The notes beneath the pieces are model-generated. The model saw only the letters and a list, made by a program, of their open reading frames with translations. It was not told the DNA's origin and searched no databases. DNA of 64,000 bases, from positions 32,001 through 96,000 of IMG/VR virus record IMGVR_UViG_2706795801_000001, one strand, 5' to 3'. The DNA comes from a virus. Its lineage: Duplodnaviria > Caudoviricetes. Shown in pieces: positions 29,731-40,966 of this stretch; within the stretch, counting starts at the first letter, position 1, and every line of letters starts with the position of its first letter. The position numbers and the translations under genes are program-made.

Positions 29731-30105
29731 ATGGCTACTTCATACCGCCAACCAGTTGTTCTTAACACCCTATCTGCTGCGATGGGTGGCAACATGTCTT
29801 ACGAGTCTGTACGTGTTACAGTTACCGCTACTATGCAGGACGGTTCTATGCTACTTGCCAGTGGTGCAGAAGCTGCTGTTGCTGACGCTGCTAACGTTAC
29901 TGGCATCATTGATTTCCCTCAGTTTGAGGTAGGCGATTACGCCGCTGGTGACATTATCTTAGTTCCAGTTGTACGTCGTGACGCAGTAGTTAATTCGGGC
30001 GCACTACACTTCAGCGATGCTGCATATGGCACTGAGACACTTACTGCATTAGCTGCCGCTGGTGTACGTCTACAAGCTGTTACAACTAGCTTCACACGTA
30101 ACTAA
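29731..30105 (+). CDS. Head decoration protein
   Basis: 124-aa Ala-rich protein immediately before the MCP. Confidence 0.7.
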   Translation: MATSYRQPVVLNTLSAAMGGNMSYESVRVTVTATMQDGSMLLASGAEAAVADAANVTGIIDFPQFEVGDYAAGDIILVPVVRRDAVVNSGALHFSDAAYGTETLTALAAAGVRLQAVTTSFTRN

Positions 30106-30141
30106 GAACAAATAATAACAATTTAACGGAGAAACAATTTT

Positions 30142-31161
30142 ATGGCAACTCGTATGGGTGACTTCGGTGTAACTGATTACACTTCACTAATGGCACTAGC
30201 GCCACGTTCACAAAACTTCCTACAGGAACTAGGTTTGTTTGGTGACTTTAACACTGAATACTCTGATAGCCGTTACGGTGAGTTTGAGCGTGAAGAGAAA
30301 GGTATCACTGCAATGCATAACGTTGCTCGTGGTGCAGACCGTCAATTCGCTGGTTCTGAATCAGCTCGCAAGGAAATCCTCGAGATTCCTTATGCAACTC
30401 TAGATACTTCTGTTAAGCCTTCAGAAGTTGAAGCTTTCCGTGAATATGGTACTGAAGATGCACCTGCTTCTGTTAGCCAGTTGGTTAACCGTAAAGTAGC
30501 TCACATTCAGCGTTCACATGCACGTTATATCCGTAACGTAATGTACACTGCGCTAGTTAACAACCGTATCCACGCAGTCGATGCTGCAGGTAACCAAGTT
30601 ACTACACTTGCAAAGAACTTCTCAACTCTTTGGGGTGCTAACCGTCAAACTGGTACTATTGACCTCACTAATGCTGCTGCTGACCCATTTGATGTATTAG
30701 AAGAACAGCGTCAAGCAATCTCATTACTTGCTGGTGATGATTCAGACAGCTACCAAATGCTTTACATCTGTAACACTACTCAGTTCTCTCGTCTAACAGG
30801 TCACGCTCGTGTACGTGCTGCTTATGAGAACTACAGTTCAGATCAAGAGCCACTACGCCGCCGTTTAGGTGGAGACCGTATCAACAAATTCTTTACCCAT
30901 AAAGGTATTACTATTGTTGAAGACGTGTCTGGTCAAATTTCTAACACTGCAGGTTTCATGTTACCATTAGGTATCGAAGATATGTGGCAACTACGTTATG
31001 CTCCAGCACACACTCTTGACCATGTTAACCAAGTATCTGAAGGTTCTTACTTGTTTATGGTTGAAGGCTGGCGTCAAGTTGGTGTTGAGTCAGAAGTTGC
31101 AGTAGCAGCAGTACTGACCCGTCCTGAGCTAGTGGCTAACATCACTGCTACACTAGTGTAA
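30142..31161 (+). CDS. Major capsid protein
   Basis: 339 aa, strongly biased codons, ends TRPELVANIT, followed by a strong terminator. Confidence 0.9.
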   Translation: MATRMGDFGVTDYTSLMALAPRSQNFLQELGLFGDFNTEYSDSRYGEFEREEKGITAMHNVARGADRQFAGSESARKEILEIPYATLDTSVKPSEVEAFREYGTEDAPASVSQLVNRKVAHIQRSHARYIRNVMYTALVNNRIHAVDAAGNQVTTLAKNFSTLWGANRQTGTIDLTNAAADPFDVLEEQRQAISLLAGDDSDSYQMLYICNTTQFSRLTGHARVRAAYENYSSDQEPLRRRLGGDRINKFFTHKGITIVEDVSGQISNTAGFMLPLGIEDMWQLRYAPAHTLDHVNQVSEGSYLFMVEGWRQVGVESEVAVAAVLTRPELVANITATLV

Positions 31162-31179
31162 TATAGTTAGTTGTACTTT

Positions 31180-31207
31180 AAAGGAGACCTTTGTGGTCTC
31201 CTTTTTT
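31180..31207 (+). terminator. Terminator after MCP
   Basis: AAAGGAGACC-TTTGT-GGTCTCCTTT + T-tract. Confidence 0.85.
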
Positions 31208-31251
31208 ATTACCTGTAATATACCAAACAAACTTCAGTGTCAATACCAAAT

Positions 31252-31280
31252 TTGACACACACTTAAATCCATGCTACAAT
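31252..31280 (+). promoter_or_regulatory. Sigma70 promoter
   Basis: TTGACA-N17-TACAAT with TG extension. Confidence 0.7.
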
Positions 31281-31309
31281 TAGGGTATAGACATTAAAGG
31301 AGAGATACA

Positions 31310-31870
31310 ATGAAAGAACAATATAATCACATCTCAGGTTACTTCCCTTTCTGGGAGTACATGAAAAGCCAACACCACGATATCGATTTGAATAAGACCC
31401 TCGAACTTCCACGTACATGGTTTGCTACAATTGATGGAACTGTATACCAAACAGAAGGTTTCGTTGACTTACTACAGAAGTTGAATGAACTTTATGGTGA
31501 GGTGTATGCACCATTACTATCTACCTCAATGAAGAGTCAGTTCACTATCTTCTTTAAGCAGGAAGATGCTCCAGTACAAGAGTCTGCTTCGTTGATTCAA
31601 TTATCTTCTGAGAAAGTAGAGGAAGAAGTTAAGCAGGAGGTTCCTGAACAGCCTGTGGTTGAGAGTGTAGAAGAATCTGACGTAGTTGTTGCAAAGACTC
31701 GTGAAGACTTCCCTGAGATTGATTGGGTTCGTCTAGATAGCTTAAAGTCTAACAAGGATGATAAAGGTTACTTAGAAAAAGTAGCTATACCTTTCGGGAG
31801 TGACCTGAAGAAAAATAAATCTATTGGTGGGATGTTAGCTGACTTTGAAGCTCACCTCGGTATCAAATAA
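31310..31870 (+). CDS. Hypothetical protein
   Basis: 186-aa ORF with own promoter and RBS. Confidence 0.7.
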   Translation: MKEQYNHISGYFPFWEYMKSQHHDIDLNKTLELPRTWFATIDGTVYQTEGFVDLLQKLNELYGEVYAPLLSTSMKSQFTIFFKQEDAPVQESASLIQLSSEKVEEEVKQEVPEQPVVESVEESDVVVAKTREDFPEIDWVRLDSLKSNKDDKGYLEKVAIPFGSDLKKNKSIGGMLADFEAHLGIK

Positions 31871-31932
31871 TTTTAGTTAAAACTATATAAAGAAACCCTC
31901 ACGGATCAATATCTGCGAGGGTTTTATTTTGT

Positions 31933-32769
31933 CTAAATTTCAATAACACCCATCTTAACTAAGTCATTACCTGCATGTAGCATCTGTACCATCAAGAATG
32001 TGTATGGGTTTAAGTGGTAGTGTTTATACTCTTCCCAGTAATCTACGGCACCAATAAAGGAAGAAAATACATCTACAGTAACTAAATCGCTTTTCATATT
32101 ACCTAATGTCTCAATTGTCATCCAATCCTTGTAAGCGGGGACACTACCGTTATACTGAATCAAATAATACTTACCCTCCACCTCTACAGCAGAGATATAC
32201 TCAAACACTTCCGCACTACCTTTCTTACCAATCTGCATCTGAGCGTGGTGTGTCATCTTCACATCAGATGGTGGTGTGGTTTGTTTATTCGCACGAGCCT
32301 TTTGTAAGGCAGCTTTAACTTTATCTTCCGTAGACACTTCTTCAAAGTTCTCTCGGCAACTAGGTGTTAATTCAAAACCCTTCACATCACAGGATGCGTG
32401 TAATCCTCCGATATCAGGATATACACCCAAAACGGTAATGTACTCTCTCCCTTGCATACCTTCTAAAAATAGTGCACGTAGGTTCTCTGGGTGCTTGACT
32501 TTATATGACTTACCCTGTTCCCAACATGCAACTTCTACAACTTCCTCGAAGAATTGGATATCAGAAAAGAATAGTATATAACGCCCTTCATTTTTATATC
32601 CAATCACTACATAAGAATAATAATCATTTAGTTTATAAATATGTACACGTCCTTTATTTTTACTGATAGAGTGCTCAAAGATATCTTGGTTACCTTCATG
32701 ATCTGCCAAGAAACCCTCTTTATCCACAAGCTTGTATTTTTTACCTTCTTCCCATTTTAATTCTGACAT
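31933..32769 (-). CDS. Hypothetical protein with internally repeated W-E-x-G-K-x-Y-K module
   Basis: WEEGKKYKL / WEQGKSYKV repeats; GAGGAG RBS. Confidence 0.7.
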   Translation of the reverse strand: MSELKWEEGKKYKLVDKEGFLADHEGNQDIFEHSISKNKGRVHIYKLNDYYSYVVIGYKNEGRYILFFSDIQFFEEVVEVACWEQGKSYKVKHPENLRALFLEGMQGREYITVLGVYPDIGGLHASCDVKGFELTPSCRENFEEVSTEDKVKAALQKARANKQTTPPSDVKMTHHAQMQIGKKGSAEVFEYISAVEVEGKYYLIQYNGSVPAYKDWMTIETLGNMKSDLVTVDVFSSFIGAVDYWEEYKHYHLNPYTFLMVQMLHAGNDLVKMGVIEI

Positions 32770-32891
32770 AGTTATTCTCCTCTTGTGTTTTCAATGACAC
32801 CAATTTAACCTATTACTATTCCTCTGTCAACTACTAATTGTTTACTACACCAAATTGTGTTATACTTGTTTTATGATTTCAGGAGAATAAA

Positions 32892-33815
32892 ATGAACTAC
32901 TCTAAACCTATTATTACGAAACCCCTTAAGTGGGATGAGAATAGTATTATTGAATTAAATGGGCTAGGTGATAGTCTCTTTATCAACCTAATACAGAAAA
33001 TGGATACAACATTAAAGTTAGCACCGGCAACAACAAAGTTGCCTAATCGTATATCTCCTTGGGTATCTTTAGCTACTATAAATAAGAACGTAGTTGCTCA
33101 TGTTACAGAAGGGGAGTCTTTTGATATTACAGTTAACCTATCTAAGGCTCACACAACAGACATTACAGTAGACTTTACCATCACGCACGATGTATCACAA
33201 GTAGAACGTGATTGGAGGGTTTCCAAGGATTCTGACGAACACGAGGATGACTTTGATTATGTTGCTGAATACTTTGCACCCAGTGCAGATGCTGATTATG
33301 ATACTACTAATGGGACTATAACAATTTCTGCGGGAGACCTATCAGGCAGTACTACGGTAACTACTGTAGATGATACATTACTTCAAAGAGGTGCTGGTAG
33401 TTTCAAGGTAGGTTTGATTACTCTAAGTAATATCTCATCAGGTGATCACATGATCCATAACCAAGCTGAGGCAGCTTCGGTTTTGATTGAAGATTCTAGT
33501 ACTTACCCTATATGGACAGGAGATTTAGAATTGTGGGGTAAAGGGCATGATCTACAAGAATGGGAACCTATCTTAGATCCAGATACCTCTACAATAGCTG
33601 TATTTAATATGGGTTGTGAAGCTATAGATGATGGTTTGGGTGGGTTTACTTCAGGTGACCCCCTTATGAGGACAAAAATTATAGATGATATCCCCCTGAC
33701 AGAAATACAACTAAGACCTTCCTTAGATATTCCTTTAGATATCACAACTATAGAAGACCTTACTAATAAACTCCCCTTTTATAGGGCGGTAGTTAATATA
33801 GGCAGAAGGGTTTAG
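32892..33815 (+). CDS. Calx-beta / Ig-like domain virion protein
   Basis: VTEGESFDITVNLS...DITVDFT...DYDTTNGTITISAG...VTTVDD. Confidence 0.75.
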   Translation: MNYSKPIITKPLKWDENSIIELNGLGDSLFINLIQKMDTTLKLAPATTKLPNRISPWVSLATINKNVVAHVTEGESFDITVNLSKAHTTDITVDFTITHDVSQVERDWRVSKDSDEHEDDFDYVAEYFAPSADADYDTTNGTITISAGDLSGSTTVTTVDDTLLQRGAGSFKVGLITLSNISSGDHMIHNQAEAASVLIEDSSTYPIWTGDLELWGKGHDLQEWEPILDPDTSTIAVFNMGCEAIDDGLGGFTSGDPLMRTKIIDDIPLTEIQLRPSLDIPLDITTIEDLTNKLPFYRAVVNIGRRV

Positions 33816-33826
33816 GAGAATAAGAT

Positions 33827-35602
33827 ATGGTTATGAAAGTAAGAAATACCACCCTACGTGGCGGAGGTGGTGGGGGTAAGATCTCCGTATTCAATCAATC
33901 GGGTGGTGTAGAGTCCGCGGTAAGTTTAGGGGTGACTCAATTAATATGGGCAACACAAGATGGCTTAGGTTTTTCTGCTGTTGTAGATCCTGATGACCCC
34001 ACTCGTGTCATAATAGGAAACCCTCCTCAATTCCTAGACCCGATTGCTTGGTCTAGTGCTCAAAATACACCAGTAAGAGTCTCTGAAAGTGATCTGGCAG
34101 AAGCTGACACCTTCTTAACTAATGGGCAAGAGAACACCACCATGATGGGGTCTCTTAACAACCTTAACTACTCGTCTACACAAGGTAGGGGTTTTGGGGC
34201 AGATGCTAGAATAACAGTAAAAACTTACCACAATGGGGTTCTAGTAGATAATGTAACGTTCTCCGCTGAGAGTAACGGAACTCAGACAGATGGTAATGTG
34301 TCTGTTCAAATATCAGGTTACGCACCCGATGGGGATGGTACCGCAGATGCTGCCAGATTCTCTGTGTCTGTTAGTGGTGATGGCTTGATCGGTTCTACTA
34401 ACTCAGGAGTCTGTCGTGTAGAGATATCTTTCCTAGAACATAAGTGGGCAGAGTTACGAAATATAAACCAAGATGTATTTAGAGATAAGAACCCAGACAG
34501 TCCTAGTATTACTGGAGCACCTTCTATTGTAGAAGATCCTACTCCTGCAAATATTGTTACTAAGTTTTTATCGGGCTTACAGTACTACACACTTACATCT
34601 CCTTTTGTTATTTCTGTACCAGACATAGATAACCACAACAACGATTCATCTAGACCCAATGACAGTCTTGTAGTAGATAGTAGTGATTTCGGTATAACAC
34701 CGTACACATCTTCTCCTTGGACAGATGCCACTTCTTGGTTTGAGGTTACAAACTTAGATACAGTGCAAGGGATAGATTATGAAGAAACTAAGAATATTAA
34801 TGAGACAAACTTTAGGCATGTAGGTGAAGCTACTGTAGGGAACATAATAAGGGATAGCTGGAATCCTGCTGGATCTGTTGCGAGCAACACCTTAGATGTA
34901 TGTATTGACACTTTCTCTAATACCTCTACTGATAGTTTAGAGACTTTTAATAGTGAAGATAGACGACTAAAACACGACTACACAACTGCTTGGGACAGTA
35001 CCGTACACCTTCTAGATGGAGATGCTGCGGTCTTTGGTGGAAAACTAGTACATCCTGCTGATATGTTTACTATAAACCAGACTACAACAGAGGGCGCACT
35101 AGGTAGTATTACAGATTTCACCAGTAACCTACCTTTCATTGCCACACAACCAAACTATACAGGCTTTAATAGGTACTGTACCTACTTCCGAGAGTTTCCT
35201 ACACCTAATATAAACTCTTTCTCCACATTCACTGTAACAGTAGGGGTTAATGGTGATCTAAAAACATTACTGGAGAATGAAGACCTCAGGATCTACATTT
35301 GGAAGTTAGCCAGTACCGATGCAGGGAGTCCTAATATAATAATGCCTCCAAATTATAATATAAATAACCAAGATTTCTCTAAGAGAAATAGTATTTGGGT
35401 GCATGGGGCTAATGTTTATAACTTTGCAGAGTTCCGTGACGGATTAATACAAACAAACACTAATGCCACTTGTCGTTCTTCGATTACAGGTACTACTGCG
35501 AACTGTACTTTTGGCAGTTTTAATGTAGAAAATGGTATACTTATGAGAGTTGAATTTGAAAGAGGGGTTTGCGTAGAAGAAATAAGTGTTTCTTTCGCAT
35601 AA
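33827..35602 (+). CDS. Large beta-rich virion appendage protein
   Basis: 591 aa, S/T/N/G-rich, Gly linker, co-transcribed with the module. Confidence 0.65.
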   Translation: MVMKVRNTTLRGGGGGGKISVFNQSGGVESAVSLGVTQLIWATQDGLGFSAVVDPDDPTRVIIGNPPQFLDPIAWSSAQNTPVRVSESDLAEADTFLTNGQENTTMMGSLNNLNYSSTQGRGFGADARITVKTYHNGVLVDNVTFSAESNGTQTDGNVSVQISGYAPDGDGTADAARFSVSVSGDGLIGSTNSGVCRVEISFLEHKWAELRNINQDVFRDKNPDSPSITGAPSIVEDPTPANIVTKFLSGLQYYTLTSPFVISVPDIDNHNNDSSRPNDSLVVDSSDFGITPYTSSPWTDATSWFEVTNLDTVQGIDYEETKNINETNFRHVGEATVGNIIRDSWNPAGSVASNTLDVCIDTFSNTSTDSLETFNSEDRRLKHDYTTAWDSTVHLLDGDAAVFGGKLVHPADMFTINQTTTEGALGSITDFTSNLPFIATQPNYTGFNRYCTYFREFPTPNINSFSTFTVTVGVNGDLKTLLENEDLRIYIWKLASTDAGSPNIIMPPNYNINNQDFSKRNSIWVHGANVYNFAEFRDGLIQTNTNATCRSSITGTTANCTFGSFNVENGILMRVEFERGVCVEEISVSFA

Positions 35603-35611
35603 GGAGATTAA

Positions 35612-37573
35612 ATGGGCTTTAGTACTAATGAAATTTCAAAACTAAGTGCAAAGGTGTTGGCAGCGGGGGTTATCGACTCACTACCTACAGCTAATTGGTA
35701 TGAGAGTAGATTCCCTAACTCTTTCTTAGTAGATCCAGACAATATTTTAAATGATATAGGCGTTTTGCGGGATTTCCCTGCATCCAGTGCAGCAGCAGCA
35801 TTAGCGGCAGTTAGTGCTAACTCCACAACTATGCAGTCTTTGGGTTTTAACCCTGACGCATCTTTTGACCCGAATACTGCGGTTAGGTTAACCCCCGTAG
35901 CAGGTACAAACAGAGCTACTTATGTAGCTTATGCAACATTCAACGATCCTACCTCTAAGCAACTTAAGAACTGGATTCAACCTCAGTTAATACAACAACC
36001 ATCAGGAGCTGCATCTAACGGGTATTCTATTCGGGTATTTGTCGGAGGTGCTCCTACTGCAGGAGGTGTTGAACTTACAACTACGGTAGGTTTGGATATT
36101 GGTGGTGAAGTTGGTTGGTTCTTTAATTACGCTAACGGGTTACTACTATTCTCTACAGACGTAAGACCTCCTAGTGGGTTTGTAGGTTCAGATGAGATAT
36201 GGGTTTGTGGTTTTCGTTATGTAGGTGAAACTGGTGGAGGCGGAGAAACCATACCAGAATATACGGAAGTGTATTTAGGACAGGATATTAAAGCTGGGGA
36301 TAAGTTCTCCAATTACGGAGGAGTTATCGCTGTTAGGGACCACGTAGGTGTTTGGCCTATGGATATATTCTCGGGGGTGTGGAATAGGATCGGGGATGAC
36401 AGGACTTTTCGTTTTGAAGGTACAGACCAAGAGAAACTAACCAGACTGCTTCCATCTTATGAACAAGATAATAACCCTATAGCAATACCTGATACCGCTG
36501 CTATATACACACAAGGGGTACAGGCACCTGATGTGTTTATTACTGCAAACAAGGCAGAGCCTACTAATAACTCTGTATGGTCTACTGGGGATGACGTAAA
36601 TCAAATAGTACCTAGATACCGTATATATTGTTATGTAGGTAATAATGTACCTCTGAATGGGTTTGTTTATCAAAACGCAGGAGACACTCCTACAGGCGTT
36701 AAGGATATAGTGGTCTATGTTAGTGATGTAGAACCTTCACAGAGACATGCTGATTCTACTAACCTTACTGAAGTATTTGTAGGTACTATGAATGCCAGAG
36801 CCTCGAATGTAGACCAGAGAGATGTTATCAGTTTTGATCAAGATTATACTGGTTCTTGGGTAACGATAGATACATTCTCTAATCATGGCGATCCAGACTT
36901 TATTGGATTAAACTGGGTAGAGTTTTTCAGTGGTAATTACTACATATCTACAGTGATGCCTACAGTGGGAGCCTTCACAAAATACAACCCTGTATGGGGT
37001 GATAATCTAAACGAACAAGGTGTTGTAATACTTAATTCCGCTAATACGGGACATGGCGCTACAGAGTGGGCTTTCTCAGAGGCTAATAAATTCAACACAC
37101 TACACGACTCAGAGTACAACGTACTTACAGACAGTAATGGTGCACTGATAGTGTTTAATAGATCACCTAGGGATGTAGATACTTTAGTTTTTCCTATAGG
37201 TTACTCAAGACCAGCAGATGAAATTTCTGAAATAGAAAGGACGCAGTATTTAGGTAAGCATGTACGCCACACTAATATATACCCTCCGATTACAGGGTCT
37301 GATACATTGAGTTTTTACGAAGAGTTCTTCTTCGAGGTTGACGATGAAACCCCTTCTGAGGTAACTCTTACCATACATCCAAGGGGTCGTCCGACTTTAA
37401 CATCCCACACAATAACCTTAAGAGCTTACGGTAGTTCTAGATTAAATACCCCCAGTGATTTCGATATTATTACCTTTAATTCTTTGCCAGAAGGTAGTTA
37501 TAGGTTACACAGGGATATAGAAGAATTAAGATTAGGTCGAGGTACTACTTGGCTTTTAGAAATAATAATTTAA
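35612..37573 (+). CDS. Virion appendage protein with discoidin/F5-8-like carbohydrate-binding region
   Basis: GVKDIVVYVS...WVTIDTFSNHGDPDFIGLNWVEFF. Confidence 0.6.
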   Translation: MGFSTNEISKLSAKVLAAGVIDSLPTANWYESRFPNSFLVDPDNILNDIGVLRDFPASSAAAALAAVSANSTTMQSLGFNPDASFDPNTAVRLTPVAGTNRATYVAYATFNDPTSKQLKNWIQPQLIQQPSGAASNGYSIRVFVGGAPTAGGVELTTTVGLDIGGEVGWFFNYANGLLLFSTDVRPPSGFVGSDEIWVCGFRYVGETGGGGETIPEYTEVYLGQDIKAGDKFSNYGGVIAVRDHVGVWPMDIFSGVWNRIGDDRTFRFEGTDQEKLTRLLPSYEQDNNPIAIPDTAAIYTQGVQAPDVFITANKAEPTNNSVWSTGDDVNQIVPRYRIYCYVGNNVPLNGFVYQNAGDTPTGVKDIVVYVSDVEPSQRHADSTNLTEVFVGTMNARASNVDQRDVISFDQDYTGSWVTIDTFSNHGDPDFIGLNWVEFFSGNYYISTVMPTVGAFTKYNPVWGDNLNEQGVVILNSANTGHGATEWAFSEANKFNTLHDSEYNVLTDSNGALIVFNRSPRDVDTLVFPIGYSRPADEISEIERTQYLGKHVRHTNIYPPITGSDTLSFYEEFFFEVDDETPSEVTLTIHPRGRPTLTSHTITLRAYGSSRLNTPSDFDIITFNSLPEGSYRLHRDIEELRLGRGTTWLLEIII

Positions 37574-37585
37574 CGGAGTTATAAA

Positions 37586-39571
37586 ATGCCTTTATACACA
37601 CCATCACTACCTACCTTGCAAGGTAGTGTTAATGGACAAACAATATTTTTAATGGATGCTGCGGGTAATCTGCTACAGTCCCCAGCCAGTGCTTTCCGTG
37701 GTGCAGGTTTTTATACAGGAGACGCACTACCTACAGAAGTACATCCAGATAGCGGCAATAACGCATCCTTTATTGACGGAGATTTTTATGTATATACTCA
37801 AGGTAACTCTGGATTCCTTTATAAATGGGATCAGACACAAACCGCAGGTAACCGTTGGGTAGAGGTAGGCTCTTTAACTGGTACCCGAAGACATACAGCG
37901 ATAAGTTTGGGGGTAGATACTTTTGAAACCGCCACTACACTTATGAATGACCCAATTACTTTTGCCGCAGGTGATACATACTACAACTTTGCTAAAGATA
38001 AAACCTTTGGTCCTATGATTGCTGGTGTTGGTATTGATTTTAATGTAGAGAATAGAAACTACTTTACAAGTAGGGCACCAAGAGAATTAACACATACAGA
38101 TAATGACCCAGCTAAATTAGTACATACTTGGACTCCTGCAGCCATAACGGACATAGAAGACCTAGCATACTCTCCACAAAGAGGAGATACATATCACCAA
38201 GAAGTTGGTAATACAGATCATGGTGGTTATGTATACACATGGGATGAGGATGAGTTTCAAGCAAGAATCTTAGCTGGGGATACTTATGCACAAGCATTAT
38301 CATCAGGTTGGACTAATATAGCAAGAGAGTTCAAAAGAGCACCTAGATCATTCTCTGAGACAGGAGCACCCACGGTTGATGACGAAAAATACATTGACGG
38401 TGATACTTATTTTGATACAACCAACTTACTAATATACTCAGGTTACCAGACTGGTTTGGTGCAAGACAACCCACCACTGACACCTGCGGAAACAAACGGG
38501 CAGTTTCTTTTACGTGTATGGGGGAATCAGTTACCAACCTCTTTGGGTGCTTCTTCAATACAACACACAAACAACACGATAGCTTTAGATGTAACTTATG
38601 CCGCAGATGATTTAGTACTAGAGAATAGAGATAATACTCCTATACTATATGGTCCTTATGACCCACTACAAGCAACTATTCAAGCCGCCGCACCTTATAT
38701 TTCTGTGATGAGAGCACCAGTAACCCACCACGGCTTGACAACACCACCCACTAATGTGGTAGGTACTATCAGTGGGACTAGGGTTGCAACAGGGGATTAT
38801 TATATTCAGACGGAATCTGTTGTCCGTTTAACTGAAGGTAAGCAGACTATTTTTGGTCCTTGTACTGTAGATTACTCTGACCCTGCTTTACCGATAACTT
38901 GGGATGTTGGTGTTAATAACAACAGACCTTTGACCTTTTTTGATGGTATTGGATCTAATATAACCAATGATTCAGGTTTCTCAGCAGGAGATTTCCTTGA
39001 GGTAAATAGTGCCATAAAATATGGTCCTTATGTTTCAGGAGCAGCCACTGCTGCATTATCTTGGCCTTTTCATAGCTACACCAGACCTTATAGGGTTATA
39101 CAGTTACCAACCACAGAGAGTAATAACTACACCCCTGTAACGACATATGATACAGAGAATGGTAATGATGTTATTACGGGAGACTTCATCGAGTGGGAAG
39201 TTACAGGAACAACTACAGGTAAGCGGGTAAGGATAGGTCCTTGTAATTATGACCATGCCACAGGAGTTATAAACTGGGGTACTAATAGAGTAGATATGTC
39301 TCCTTCTATCATGCACAATGGCCCTGTATCTACAGGAACCCCTGCTAGAAATGATGCAGACTATTGTGAAGGGGATTATATACTTAATCCAGCAGGTGCT
39401 ATGTATGGTCCTTATAGTGAGAATGAAGCTACAGACACGTTGGCTTGGCCTTTATACAGGGATTTATCTATTAATCCTACCATTGTAGATACAGGGAATG
39501 TAGATGCTGGTACTGTTTGGAGATTAGTAGCCATCAATGGTGTTCTCAAGTTAGATGATGGCAACCCATAA
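37586..39571 (+). CDS. Fibre-like protein with repeated GDxY...YGP modules
   Basis: Recurrent GDFY/GDTY/GDYY and YGPY/FGP motifs. Confidence 0.7.
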   Translation: MPLYTPSLPTLQGSVNGQTIFLMDAAGNLLQSPASAFRGAGFYTGDALPTEVHPDSGNNASFIDGDFYVYTQGNSGFLYKWDQTQTAGNRWVEVGSLTGTRRHTAISLGVDTFETATTLMNDPITFAAGDTYYNFAKDKTFGPMIAGVGIDFNVENRNYFTSRAPRELTHTDNDPAKLVHTWTPAAITDIEDLAYSPQRGDTYHQEVGNTDHGGYVYTWDEDEFQARILAGDTYAQALSSGWTNIAREFKRAPRSFSETGAPTVDDEKYIDGDTYFDTTNLLIYSGYQTGLVQDNPPLTPAETNGQFLLRVWGNQLPTSLGASSIQHTNNTIALDVTYAADDLVLENRDNTPILYGPYDPLQATIQAAAPYISVMRAPVTHHGLTTPPTNVVGTISGTRVATGDYYIQTESVVRLTEGKQTIFGPCTVDYSDPALPITWDVGVNNNRPLTFFDGIGSNITNDSGFSAGDFLEVNSAIKYGPYVSGAATAALSWPFHSYTRPYRVIQLPTTESNNYTPVTTYDTENGNDVITGDFIEWEVTGTTTGKRVRIGPCNYDHATGVINWGTNRVDMSPSIMHNGPVSTGTPARNDADYCEGDYILNPAGAMYGPYSENEATDTLAWPLYRDLSINPTIVDTGNVDAGTVWRLVAINGVLKLDDGNP

Positions 39572-39581
39572 GGAATACATA

Positions 39582-40259
39582 ATGGCAATAAGAGATTTAG
39601 GAGTACCTGTAGGGTCTGTTATAGCCCTTACAGGTAGTGCAGTTATACCTCATAATTTTAGGGCGTTGGATGGGTCTATAGTATCTTCTGGAGGTAAGTC
39701 CTCTTTAGATGGAATTAGATTACCAGATTGGAATAGCACGGAGGTGCTTCCCGTAGGAGGTACTTCATCAAGAGGTACGGTTATTAGTAGGAGAACCCAA
39801 GCAGGCAAATTTTTGGATTGGGGCAACTTTACCAGTATGAGTATAGACACACCTGTAACTAGGTTCTTGATTGGAATAAATGGTACTATAGCGAATACTC
39901 CTAATGATAATCAGGACCTTTCAGATGCTAATTACTTCGTACAGCCTGTACCTTACTCTAATGGCTTTTGGAATTTTAGAGATAATGGTGCCTTCGCGGG
40001 TAATGATTATGTTATGGTAAACAGTCACTACACTAACGCTACAAAATCATATAACATGACACACACACACACGGCTAATATAAAGCATAATGGATACCAC
40101 GATTTCTTACTTAAGGATACTAGTAAACCTAATGCAATAGAGACTACTACAGATGTGTCATTCTTTGTAGAGGGTAATTCTGTTGCAAACACACCTAGCC
40201 TACCCCTAACTTACAACCTAAAGACTAATGTAGGTATTTGGGTCATGAGGATATACTAA
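39582..40259 (+). CDS. Tail-collar domain short fibre protein 1
   Basis: VPVGSVIAL...RLPDW; THTH; ends WVMRIY. Confidence 0.75.
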   Translation: MAIRDLGVPVGSVIALTGSAVIPHNFRALDGSIVSSGGKSSLDGIRLPDWNSTEVLPVGGTSSRGTVISRRTQAGKFLDWGNFTSMSIDTPVTRFLIGINGTIANTPNDNQDLSDANYFVQPVPYSNGFWNFRDNGAFAGNDYVMVNSHYTNATKSYNMTHTHTANIKHNGYHDFLLKDTSKPNAIETTTDVSFFVEGNSVANTPSLPLTYNLKTNVGIWVMRIY

Positions 40260-40260
40260 T

Positions 40261-40965
40261 ATGCAGATATACACAGGAGTCCCTATAGGGGGTACAATAG
40301 CTTGGTTAGGTCACTTAGCAGGCATAAGTATCCCAGATAACTTTATATACAACCATGAGATATTTGTTCCAAAGTCACGAGCTGATGCAGATTTTACTAG
40401 AATAGATTATAATGATTGGGAGAGGGAGGGTTACCTCTCTGGTACCTCGGCAAGTCTTGCAAGCAAATCTGGGATTAATAGTTTCAGTTTATCAATTACC
40501 CATCTGCCTAGGTTCAGAGAGGAATACACAGGAGAGCAAAAAATTAATTACAGTTTATCTTCACTGAATTCAAGAGTAGACTTAGGTGCAGGGCCTGAGA
40601 CAGCTAACTCCACTTTCAACTTTAATAAAGTTACTGACAATGACTGGGCTGATGGTACTTTATCTTCACAGAGGTTTTTCCCCGCTGCAGAAGGGTTCAG
40701 TCAAGATGGGGGCAATAAATTGACAGATACAGGTCACAGAAAGTTATACAACGAAGGTAATTATGATACGGATACCTTGAACCAACATACGCATGTGCAT
40801 GGCCCTAAGACTACAGCCTCACACACTCACGGAGTTACGTTGACTTCCGTATCACATAGGTTTATACCAAGAGGGGAGGATGTAGTAAATAGTAACCAAA
40901 CCCCTGTATCTTATCAAGTAAGGCCACCTGCCATTGGTGTGTTATGGATTACGAGGGTATATTAA
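40261..40965 (+). CDS. Tail-collar domain short fibre protein 2
   Basis: VPIGGTIAW; HTHVH, HTH; ends WITRVY. Confidence 0.75.
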   Translation: MQIYTGVPIGGTIAWLGHLAGISIPDNFIYNHEIFVPKSRADADFTRIDYNDWEREGYLSGTSASLASKSGINSFSLSITHLPRFREEYTGEQKINYSLSSLNSRVDLGAGPETANSTFNFNKVTDNDWADGTLSSQRFFPAAEGFSQDGGNKLTDTGHRKLYNEGNYDTDTLNQHTHVHGPKTTASHTHGVTLTSVSHRFIPRGEDVVNSNQTPVSYQVRPPAIGVLWITRVY

Positions 40966-40966
40966 T

